Assembly: GCA_003577105.1 (NCBI GenBank)
Contig: QEUQ01000001.1
Coordinates: 6,118 to 70,117 of the forward strand
Direction: 5' to 3'
Length of the DNA stretch: 64,000 nucleotides
Source: Acidobacteriota bacterium
Lineage (GTDB): Bacteria; Actinomycetota; Acidimicrobiia; ATN3
Position numbers and translations under genes: made by a program. This document shows, in pieces, positions 57,020-64,000 of the stretch. Numbering within the stretch: position 1 is the first letter of the stretch; the number at the start of each line of letters is the position of its first letter. Below the pieces are notes generated by a model that was not told the origin of the DNA, ran no database searches, and saw nothing but the letters and a program-made list of their open reading frames with translations.

Positions 57020-59289
57020 AGCACCTGGATCGGACACTTTCGTTCGAAGAGAGGGCTGCCGCGCTACTCGGCGAGATGACCATCGATGAAAAGGCGGCAC
57101 AGCTGACATCTGTTTGGCTCAGCTTCGATCCTGACAGCGGCGACTTCGCTCCCAACACAATGGCCGGCCCCTTCGCTCAGGGGACTGACCCGGAAGCGAT
57201 CATGGCCCACGGCATCGGCCAGATAACCCGCCCGCTCGGCTCCAAGCCGATCGATCCGGCCCAAGGCGTCGAAATGATCAACGACCTCCAGCGCCGCCTT
57301 GTGGAGGGAACGCGCCTCGGTATCCCTGCCATTTGTCACGAGGAATGCCTCAGCGGCTTGATGGCTCAGGGCGCGACATCGTTTCCCTCACCGCTGAACT
57401 TCGCGTCTACGTGGGATCCTGAACTTGTCGAGAGGGCCAGCCGTGCCATTGGGCGCCAGATGCGCTCCGTTGGAGTTCACCAGGGCCTCGCCCCCGTTGC
57501 AGACGTGGCCCGCGACCCCCGATGGGGGCGGATTGAAGAGACGCTCGGAGAAGATCCCTATCTTGTCGGATCGATGGTCACCGCATATGTCAGGGGCTTG
57601 CAGGGAGACTCGCTTGAGAGCGGTGTAATAGCGACACTCAAACACTTCTGTGGCTATTCGTTTAGCGAGGGCGGTCGAAATTTCGCTCCAGCACACGTTG
57701 GACGGCGGGAACTTGCCGACGTATTCCTGCTCCCGTTTGAGATGGCAGTGCGTGATGGCGGTGCATATTCGGTAATGAATGCCTACCAAGAGATCGATGG
57801 CGAAGCACCAGCAGCCTCACGCTGGCTTCTCACCGAGGTACTAAGGGATGCATGGGGCTTCGAGGGATTTGTCGTAGCCGACTACGGAGCAGTCTCATTC
57901 CTTCACCTGATGCACAGGGTCGCCCGCGACGGCACCGAGGCCGCGGCAATGGCAATCCGGGCGGGTCTCGACCTCGAGCTACCCAGCCCAGCTGAGTACC
58001 CAACGGGGATTCCTGATGCGCTGGGCCGGGGCTTGCTGAGCATGGATGACGTTGACCGGTCGGTAACGCGGGTGTTGATCGCCAAGCTGAAGCTCGGGCT
58101 TTTTGAAAACCCGTACGTCGATGCGGAGCGGATCGATTTGGACAGCGCGACTGATCAAGAACTCGCTTCGGAAATTGCCACAAAATCGGTAACGCTACTG
58201 ACCAATGATGGCCTCCTCCCCCTTGATGCAAGCGGCAACTCGCTAGGCAAAATCGCTGTCATCGGGCCCAATGCTGACGATGTCATGGCGCTCTTCGGTA
58301 ACTACTCCTACGAGAACCATGTGGTCTCCACTCACTTCCCCGAAGCAGCAAGTGAGATTGATGCGCCAACCGTAAGGAATGCACTTGCCACCCTCGCAGG
58401 TGAGGAGCGCATCGTCTATGCAAAGGGCTGCGATGTCATGGGCACGGATACCTCGAACATCGAAGAAGCCGTAGCGGCGGCCTCGGACGCCGAAGTGGCA
58501 ATAGTCGTCGTCGGCGACAAAGCCGGGCACTTCAAGCTCGGCACAGTAGGCGAAGGAACCGACCGCGCCGACATCGATCTGCCCGGGGTTCAGGGTGAGC
58601 TTGTAAGGCGGGTGATCGAGACCCGCACTCCAACTGTTGTGGTTCTCCTAAATGGCAGGCCATTTGCCCTCGGCGGGATCGCTCGAGATGCGGCAGCCAT
58701 CATTGAGGCATGGTTTCCGGGCCAAGGCGGCGGATTGGCCATTGCGGAGGCGATCTTCGGGGTCGCCTCGCCCGCCGGGCGCACGCCGGTGACTTTCGCC
58801 CCAAAGGCAGGCGTCGAGCCCATGTACTACAACCATAAGTACCTAGCTCCAGGCTTCCCTCGCCAAGATGACTTCCGGCCGGTGTTCCCCTTCGGTCACG
58901 GGCTTTCTTACACGACCTTTGAGTACTCGAACCTGACGATCTCATCGCCCGAGGCCGACGCCGGAGAGACAGTTGGCATCAGCTGCACTGTCACGAATAC
59001 AGGAGGGCGAGCGAGCGACGAGGTCGTACAGCTCTATGTGAAAGATGAATACGCCAGCGTGACTCGCCCGGTAATCGAACTCAAGGGTTTCACGCGAATC
59101 CACCTGGCCCCAGGCGAGTCGGCCGAGGTGAACTTTTCACTCGGCCCTCGGCAATTGCGCTTCACCGGAATCGACGGTCGGCGCATCGTCGAGCCTGGAG
59201 ATTTCAAGGTGATGGTCGGTGCCTCCTCCGCTGATATCAGGCTCGACGGCGGCTTCAGACTCACCGGGGATGTGATCGAGGTCCCTTAG
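57016..59289 (+). CDS. bglX: Glycoside hydrolase family 3 beta-glucosidase (BglX-like)
   Basis: GH3 N-terminal domain with the catalytic Asp context (GFEGFVVADYGAV), an alpha/beta sandwich and a C-terminal Fn3-like domain. The gene overlaps the VOC gene by 4 nt. Confidence 0.9.
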   Translation: MKHLDRTLSFEERAAALLGEMTIDEKAAQLTSVWLSFDPDSGDFAPNTMAGPFAQGTDPEAIMAHGIGQITRPLGSKPIDPAQGVEMINDLQRRLVEGTRLGIPAICHEECLSGLMAQGATSFPSPLNFASTWDPELVERASRAIGRQMRSVGVHQGLAPVADVARDPRWGRIEETLGEDPYLVGSMVTAYVRGLQGDSLESGVIATLKHFCGYSFSEGGRNFAPAHVGRRELADVFLLPFEMAVRDGGAYSVMNAYQEIDGEAPAASRWLLTEVLRDAWGFEGFVVADYGAVSFLHLMHRVARDGTEAAAMAIRAGLDLELPSPAEYPTGIPDALGRGLLSMDDVDRSVTRVLIAKLKLGLFENPYVDAERIDLDSATDQELASEIATKSVTLLTNDGLLPLDASGNSLGKIAVIGPNADDVMALFGNYSYENHVVSTHFPEAASEIDAPTVRNALATLAGEERIVYAKGCDVMGTDTSNIEEAVAAASDAEVAIVVVGDKAGHFKLGTVGEGTDRADIDLPGVQGELVRRVIETRTPTVVVLLNGRPFALGGIARDAAAIIEAWFPGQGGGLAIAEAIFGVASPAGRTPVTFAPKAGVEPMYYNHKYLAPGFPRQDDFRPVFPFGHGLSYTTFEYSNLTISSPEADAGETVGISCTVTNTGGRASDEVVQLYVKDEYASVTRPVIELKGFTRIHLAPGESAEVNFSLGPRQLRFTGIDGRRIVEPGDFKVMVGASSADIRLDGGFRLTGDVIEVP

Positions 59290-59292
59290 GTC

Positions 59293-59640
59293 CTAGAAGA
59301 CGAGCACCTTGCCGGCCCATTCGGTCCAATCTGTCAACTCATCGAGAGTTGACCGCCGGGCAGGGCTGATAAGCATCTCGTCACTTATTCCCCTGGCATC
59401 CATGCACGTTCCGCAACAGGCAATCTCGCCCTTTCGGCTGGCAGCGCGAAGCATCCGGCCGAGGTTGTAGTAGCCATCGGGAGTTTGCTGGTTGTCGAGC
59501 GCGCAGCTGACGGCGTCGCCAAGCAAGAAGATTCGGATTTCTGCGGAGTCCCGTTTGGCCAAGTTGATGGCTAGGCGAATTCCGTTGTAGCTCCGCTCGC
59601 TCCCGTATCCGGCATCGTTGAGTATGAACAAGTACTTCAC
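59293..59640 (-). CDS. DsrE/DsrF/TusD-like sulfur-relay family protein
   Basis: (M)KYLFILNDAGYGSERSYNGIRLAINLAK...IACCGTCMDARGI carries the conserved Cys...RG of the DsrE fold. The GTG start is preceded by GAAAGGGG. Confidence 0.7.
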   Translation of the reverse strand: MKYLFILNDAGYGSERSYNGIRLAINLAKRDSAEIRIFLLGDAVSCALDNQQTPDGYYNLGRMLRAASRKGEIACCGTCMDARGISDEMLISPARRSTLDELTDWTEWAGKVLVF

Positions 59641-59697
59641 TACGGCCCCTTTCGCCCGTTGACTTAGGTAGATCTGCAAGTTGATGTTATTATTCTA

Positions 59698-59713
59698 ACA
59701 TTCTTAGGAATGT
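59698..59713. promoter_or_regulatory. AT-rich 6-4-6 palindrome ACATTC-TTAG-GAATGT in the divergent dsrE-like / arsR promoter region. Candidate ArsR-family operator
   Basis: The only AT-rich stretch in this part of the window. It lies 24 bp upstream of the ArsR-rhodanese start and 58 bp upstream of the DsrE-like start. Confidence 0.4.
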
Positions 59714-59736
59714 ACGACTAATGCCGGACAGAGTGA

Positions 59737-60429
59737 TTGGGGCTCGCGAAGTTGAATCCGCGTCAAGCCAAAGACGATCTCTACGAACAATTCGCCAGGA
59801 TCGGCAAGGTCATTTCGCACCCCAAACGTTTGGAGATTCTCGACTTGCTGCGCCAAAGCGAGCGAAGCGTCGACGAGATCGCAGGGCTCACAGGCGTCAC
59901 AGTCACATCGGCGTCAGCTCAACTCCAAGTGCTGCGCCAAGGTCGTCTGGTCCAGGCGCGGCGCAGTGGGCGGCAGGTGATCTATTCCCTCGCAGACGAG
60001 GCTGTCGCCAGACTCGTCGAGGCGCTCCAGGAAACTGCTCGAAATCGGCTGGCCGAAGTCGGCGAACTCCTGCGGGATGCATTCGACTCAGACGCCCTCG
60101 CGCCGATCAGACAGCAAGACCTTGCCGCTCGCCTCGAGGACCCCAACGTGATCGTCATAGATGTTCGCCCGGCAAAGGAGTACTTGGCCGGTCACATCGC
60201 CGGCGCGATTTCGATGCCGATTGACGACCTTGTCACTCGCCTCCATGAGCTGCCGCGTGGCGCAGAGATCGTCGCATACTGCCGAGGTCCCTATTGCGTC
60301 CTTGCCCCGCAGGCCGTCGAAGCGATCAGAAATGCCGGTCACGACAGCGTGAGGCGGCTCGAGACCGGTCTGCCGCAGTGGCGAGCCGCAGGCTTGCCGA
60401 TTGATACAACCGTTCCGAACTCAGCATGA
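59737..60429 (+). CDS. ArsR/SmtB-family transcriptional regulator fused to a C-terminal rhodanese domain
   Basis: Winged HTH (ISHPKRLEILDLLRQSERSVDEIAGLTGVTVTSASAQLQVLRQGRLVQARRSGRQVIYSL) plus rhodanese (VIVIDVRPAKEYLAGHIAGAISMP...IVAYCRGPYC with an active-site Cys). Confidence 0.8.
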   Translation: MGLAKLNPRQAKDDLYEQFARIGKVISHPKRLEILDLLRQSERSVDEIAGLTGVTVTSASAQLQVLRQGRLVQARRSGRQVIYSLADEAVARLVEALQETARNRLAEVGELLRDAFDSDALAPIRQQDLAARLEDPNVIVIDVRPAKEYLAGHIAGAISMPIDDLVTRLHELPRGAEIVAYCRGPYCVLAPQAVEAIRNAGHDSVRRLETGLPQWRAAGLPIDTTVPNSA

Positions 60430-61085
60430 CAACGCTCGTCTCAGACGCTGCTCGGTACGACTCGTGGTTCGATACGAGCTGGGGCAGGTACGCGGCAGAA
60501 GTCGAATACTCACTGGTTCTCCGGGCCCTCAAGCCAGAACCGCTTGAGCGGATTCTCGACGCGGGGTGCGGGACTGGTCGATTCTCCGAGCGCCTCGGCG
60601 AATATGGCGCAACCGTAATCGGCGTCGACCACGATCCGAACATGCTCGAGCTAGCCAAGGCAAGAAGCCGAGGCGTTGCGTTGGCCGATGCCCACCGTCT
60701 TCCATTTGAGAGCGGGGTGTTCGACGCGACGCTCGCCGTGACGCTATGCGAGTTCTCCGGCGATCCCGGCGGAGTTGTCGACGAGCTTGCACGGGTAACG
60801 CGCCCTGGTGGCCGAGTTGTCATCGGGTTGTTGAATCGAAACAGTCCCTGGGGGTGGCTCAGGCGAAAACGGCTGAAGCGCCCACCGTGGAGCGACGCCG
60901 TCTTCGTTGATGCTCAAACGCTTCGCTCTAAAGTTGGCACCTACGGAACCACATCTCTCACCTCGGGTCTCTTCTCCCCGGGCACGGCACTGCCGTGGTC
61001 ACTCACCCGGCTGATTGAGTCAGCTGGCAGACGATTAGTCCCGAAGCGGGGTGCCTTCCAGGTGATCGCGATGGTGCGTCAATGA
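60426..61085 (+). CDS. Class I SAM-dependent methyltransferase
   Basis: Motif I is ILDAGCGTGRFS, followed by post-I D and the Methyltransf_11 pattern. It overlaps the upstream gene by 4 nt. Confidence 0.8.
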   Translation: MTTLVSDAARYDSWFDTSWGRYAAEVEYSLVLRALKPEPLERILDAGCGTGRFSERLGEYGATVIGVDHDPNMLELAKARSRGVALADAHRLPFESGVFDATLAVTLCEFSGDPGGVVDELARVTRPGGRVVIGLLNRNSPWGWLRRKRLKRPPWSDAVFVDAQTLRSKVGTYGTTSLTSGLFSPGTALPWSLTRLIESAGRRLVPKRGAFQVIAMVRQ

Positions 61086-61618
61086 ATCGCTCGACCTTCA
61101 TGGCGATGAAACGCATTGCAGCCATCACCGCGCATCCCGACGACGAATCGTTTGGACTAGGAGGGGTTATTAGCGCGCTTGTTGAAGGTGGCACCGAAGT
61201 AACTCTCACCTGCCTCACCCATGGCGAAGCTACGACGCTGGGAAGCGCCGAAGATATCGGCCGTCTGCGCTGCCGAGAACTCGAGCAAGCCGCCGCCGCC
61301 CTTGACGCTGCAACTCGACGCGATCTCACGGTTTTTGCATGGTGCCTGAACTCCGATGTGGCGCGACGCCTCAATTCCGAGCTGAATACCTCATTTCAAG
61401 GTATTCCGAGCGAGGCGACGGAGCTGGAGCTTACGGTTGACAGAAACAAGCAGATTGAGGCGATGAACTGTCATGCAAGCCAGCTTCAGGCGAACCCGGT
61501 CCCCTTTCGGCGCCTTGAACTCCAGGGTAGCCGTGAGTACCTCCGCTTACTTCGCGCATCCCACAACGGGACCGATCCATCTCATCTAAGACCGAGCTAT
61601 CGACTGGAGCATCAATGA
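61082..61618 (+). CDS. PIG-L / LmbE-family deacetylase (short form)
   Basis: ITAHPDDESFGLGG is the signature AHPDDE metal-binding motif. It overlaps the upstream gene by 4 nt. Confidence 0.7.
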   Translation: MNRSTFMAMKRIAAITAHPDDESFGLGGVISALVEGGTEVTLTCLTHGEATTLGSAEDIGRLRCRELEQAAAALDAATRRDLTVFAWCLNSDVARRLNSELNTSFQGIPSEATELELTVDRNKQIEAMNCHASQLQANPVPFRRLELQGSREYLRLLRASHNGTDPSHLRPSYRLEHQ

Positions 61619-62769
61619 CAGGTAAGACCATTGCAGTCCTGGGCGGAGGTATCGGCGGGTTCCTCGCGGCCCGCCGGCTGCGCAAGGAGCTTCCATCCCG
61701 TGATCGTGTGTTGCTGATCGAGCGAGATAGAGAGCACGCGTTTCAGCCGTCGCTCCCCTTTGTCTTGAGCGGCAGACGAGATCCTGCAGCGATTGAACGG
61801 CCGGTAGCCGGCATCGCGAAGCTAGGAGTCGATGTCGTTCAGGCGGATGTCACAGCGATAGATATCAGCAGCCAAACTGTGCTCGCCGGTGGCGAGAAGC
61901 ACGACTACGACTATCTGGTCATCGCGCTCGGAGCACAACTGGACCCCGAAGCCATGCCGGGATTTGAGGAGTCAGCCATCAATGTCTTCACACCCGACGG
62001 CGCAGCGATCGCACGTGACGAGCTGCGCACATTGAAAGGTGGCCGGGTCGCGGTTGTCGTCTCACGCCTGCCCTACAAGTGCCCGGCAGCACCGTACGAG
62101 TTCGCATTCATTGCCGACGCGCTACTTCGCAAGACTGACGCGAGGTCTCGGACAAGCGTCGATGTGTATACCCCCGAACCGCTGCCGATGCCGACAACAG
62201 GACCGGCGATCGGTCACGCAGTCGCGTCCATGCTCGCGGCTCGCAAAATCGGCTTCCACCCGAATACACAACTCCAACGAATTGATCCGGCAAACAGGCG
62301 CCTGAAGTTCGAAGACGGATCAGACGCCGAATACGACCTCATACTCGGAATTCCGCCACACCGCGCCCCTGACGCGGTCAGCTCCTGCGATCTCGCTGGA
62401 CCGACAGGCTTCGTGCCGGTGGACAAGGCAACACTTGAGACGACGGCAGATGGCGTCTACGCGATAGGTGATGTCGCGTCTATCGGCCTTGCTGACGGCA
62501 AGTTCCTGCCCAAGGCCGGCGTATTCGCACACTCGCAAGCTGATGTTGTCGCGTCGCGCATCGCAGACGAGCTCGCGGGCCGGTCGCCGTCCAGGGTCTT
62601 TGACGGGAGTGGCTCGTGCTTCCTTGAACTCGGAAACGGCAAAGCCGGATACGCGAAGGGCAACTTCTACGGTGAATCTGGACCCGAAGTGAGAATGCGA
62701 CGCGAGGGATACCACTGGCACATCGGCAAAGTTGCATTCGAGGAGTACTGGCTCAGGTTCCGCTGGTAG
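61615..62769 (+). CDS. sqr: Sulfide:quinone oxidoreductase-like FAD-dependent pyridine-nucleotide-disulfide oxidoreductase
   Basis: FAD-binding motif TIAVLGGGIGGFLAA. Cys sit in PYKCPAAPYEF and GSGSCFLELG, with a GDVAS FAD motif. This Cys pattern is SQR-like. Confidence 0.7.
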   Translation: MTGKTIAVLGGGIGGFLAARRLRKELPSRDRVLLIERDREHAFQPSLPFVLSGRRDPAAIERPVAGIAKLGVDVVQADVTAIDISSQTVLAGGEKHDYDYLVIALGAQLDPEAMPGFEESAINVFTPDGAAIARDELRTLKGGRVAVVVSRLPYKCPAAPYEFAFIADALLRKTDARSRTSVDVYTPEPLPMPTTGPAIGHAVASMLAARKIGFHPNTQLQRIDPANRRLKFEDGSDAEYDLILGIPPHRAPDAVSSCDLAGPTGFVPVDKATLETTADGVYAIGDVASIGLADGKFLPKAGVFAHSQADVVASRIADELAGRSPSRVFDGSGSCFLELGNGKAGYAKGNFYGESGPEVRMRREGYHWHIGKVAFEEYWLRFRW

Positions 62770-62773
62770 TCGA

Positions 62774-63538
62774 TCAGTACTTCACGGCCACGAGATAGAG
62801 ACCCTGGGGGGGTGCGGGTGCACATCCGAGAACATCGACCTCTTCCGGCGCTAAGACATCGCACTTGCCCCGAGCTACAGCTACGCAACGTCCGACGATG
62901 CGTCTGACCATTTGGTGACAGAAGGCGTTCGCCTCGATCTCGAAGCAGATCTCGTCGCCAACCAATGGGCTGTCTGGAGCGAACCATTGAGCCTCGATCA
63001 CATCTCTGACGGTCGACTCACCCGGAGCCGGGCTCTTGCAGAAGGCTCGGAAGTCATGCGTTCCAACAAGAAGCTCAGCAGCGCGATTGAGATCCTCGGT
63101 CTTGATTGGCCCCGTCCACCAAGTGTTGTGGCGCATCGTTGGGTCGGGAATCTCTGACGCTCCAATGCGATACCGATAACGGCGCGAGATAGCGGAATGC
63201 CTTGCGTGGAAACCGACGTGCGCATCTTTCACCGACGCGACCGCAATGTCGGGCGGAAGCATCTTGATCAAGGACTTGTGCAGCTTCTCGCATGCTCGAT
63301 CAGATTCGGTGTGCACTGAGACAACCTGACTGAGCGCGTGCACTCCGGCGTCGGTGCGACCCGCTACCGCCGTCTCGAACGCAGCGCCGAGTACTTGACC
63401 CAAGACGGACTCAAGCTCCTCCTGGACAGTCCGCCGGCCCGGCTGTTTCGCATAACCCGAGAACTCCGAACCGTCATATGCAAGATCGATTCGGATCGCC
63501 CGGCGACCATCGCCGACCGGCTCCTCGAACTTGGTCAG
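62774..63538 (-). CDS. truA: tRNA pseudouridine(38-40) synthase TruA. The start is probably a CTG overlapping the rplQ stop
   Basis: The catalytic RTDAGVHA motif is present. The frame upstream of the annotated TTG (63403) continues as (L)TKFEEPVGDGRRAIRIDLAYDGSFESGYAKQPGRRTVQEELESV, the TruA N-terminus. The only start-like codon there is CTG, forming a CTGA overlap with the rplQ stop. Confidence 0.8.
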   Translation of the reverse strand: MTKFEEPVGDGRRAIRIDLAYDGSEFSGYAKQPGRRTVQEELESVLGQVLGAAFETAVAGRTDAGVHALSQVVSVHTESDRACEKLHKSLIKMLPPDIAVASVKDAHVGFHARHSAISRRYRYRIGASEIPDPTMRHNTWWTGPIKTEDLNRAAELLVGTHDFRAFCKSPAPGESTVRDVIEAQWFAPDSPLVGDEICFEIEANAFCHQMVRRIVGRCVAVARGKCDVLAPEEVDVLGCAPAPPQGLYLVAVKY

Positions 63539-63912
63539 ACAAGCTCCAGATATGCCATGGGAGCCCCGTCACCCTTGCGAGGGCCGATCTTGACTACGCG
63601 GGTATATCCGCCATCTCGGTCCTCGTAACGGGTCGCGACATTGGAAAAGAGCCAGTGGACAACATCGCGGTCTTCGATCTGCTTGAGAACCTGGCGCCTG
63701 TCGTGAACCGTTCCGCTCTTGGCCTTGGTGATCATCCGTTCAGCGATAGCTCTCGCGGCCTTGGCTCTCGCTTCTGTCGTCTTGACACGGCCGGGCTTGC
63801 CACCTGCATGTCGCGCGTCGTCAACAAAGAGCGAACGCGCGATGTTTGCAAGCATCGCCTTCTCGTGAGCCGGGGAACTCGCAAGGCGAGGTCCCTTGCG
63901 TGGAGCTGGCAC
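63535..63912 (-). CDS. rplQ: 50S ribosomal protein L17
   Basis: (M)PAPRKGPRLASSPAHEKAMLANIARSLF...ARAKAARAIAERMITKAK. It starts with GTG. Confidence 0.95.
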   Translation of the reverse strand: MPAPRKGPRLASSPAHEKAMLANIARSLFVDDARHAGGKPGRVKTTEARAKAARAIAERMITKAKSGTVHDRRQVLKQIEDRDVVHWLFSNVATRYEDRDGGYTRVVKIGPRKGDGAPMAYLELV

Positions 63913-63914
63913 TG

Positions 63915-64000
63915 TTACTCCTCCATCCGTTGTGACGACGTCGCCAGGGAAAGGCCAAGTTCATCGAGCTTGACTATGACTTCGTCAAGCGACTTCTGTC
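63915..64000 (-). CDS. rpoA: DNA-directed RNA polymerase alpha subunit, C-terminal end only (partial at the window edge)
   Basis: The reverse-strand translation ends ...QKSLDEVIVKLDELGLSLATSSQRMEE*, matching the alpha-CTD tail (KKSLxEIKxxLxxxGLSLG...). Confidence 0.7.
   Translation of the reverse strand, partial: QKSLDEVIVKLDELGLSLATSSQRMEE

Overview
This 64 kb window is high-GC chromosomal DNA from an actinobacterium (phylum Actinomycetota). Two things support that: a WhiB-family regulator, a GuaB3-type IMP dehydrogenase paralogue and an F420-type LLM oxidoreductase are present; and the conserved backbone runs in the same order as the mycobacterial guaA to rpoA region. That backbone is guaA, a GuaB3-like IMPDH, groEL/groES with a perfect CIRCE element, tsaD-rimI-tsaB-tsaE, udg, alr, nnr, acpS, glmS, whiB, then glmM-rpsI-rplM and truA-rplQ-rpoA. 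Genes are densely packed, mostly on the minus strand, often with 4-nt start/stop overlaps. I found no tRNA, rRNA, CRISPR array or transposase.

Accessory content is inserted between backbone blocks:
- A six-gene chemosensory operon with no receptor (MCP) gene: CheW, a CheA-receiver hybrid, CheB, a receiver-GAF protein, CheR fused to TPR repeats, and a second CheW. Its architecture resembles the Myxococcus Frz pathway.
- A small Ras/CvnD-like GTPase translationally coupled to an alpha/beta hydrolase, 1.5 kb from the chemosensory operon.
- A 12-blade YVTN beta-propeller secreted protein inserted between guaA and the guaB3-like gene.
- A phosphate block: pstSCAB, phoU and senX3-regX3, plus a PHO-box-like site in front of an alkaline-phosphatase-superfamily phosphodiesterase.
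- A GH3 beta-glucosidase and a VOC-family enzyme.
- A putative sulfide-responsive module: an ArsR-rhodanese fusion regulator, a SAM methyltransferase, a PIG-L deacetylase and an SQR-like flavoprotein, with a divergent DsrE-like gene and a palindromic operator between them.

The chemosensory operon and the sulfide module are the two best candidates for poorly described systems. Other details: probable CTG start codons at tsaB and truA, a strongly Shine-Dalgarno-led small ORF behind a 9-7-9 palindrome, and a 535-bp structured intergenic region with a good promoter in front of whiB.
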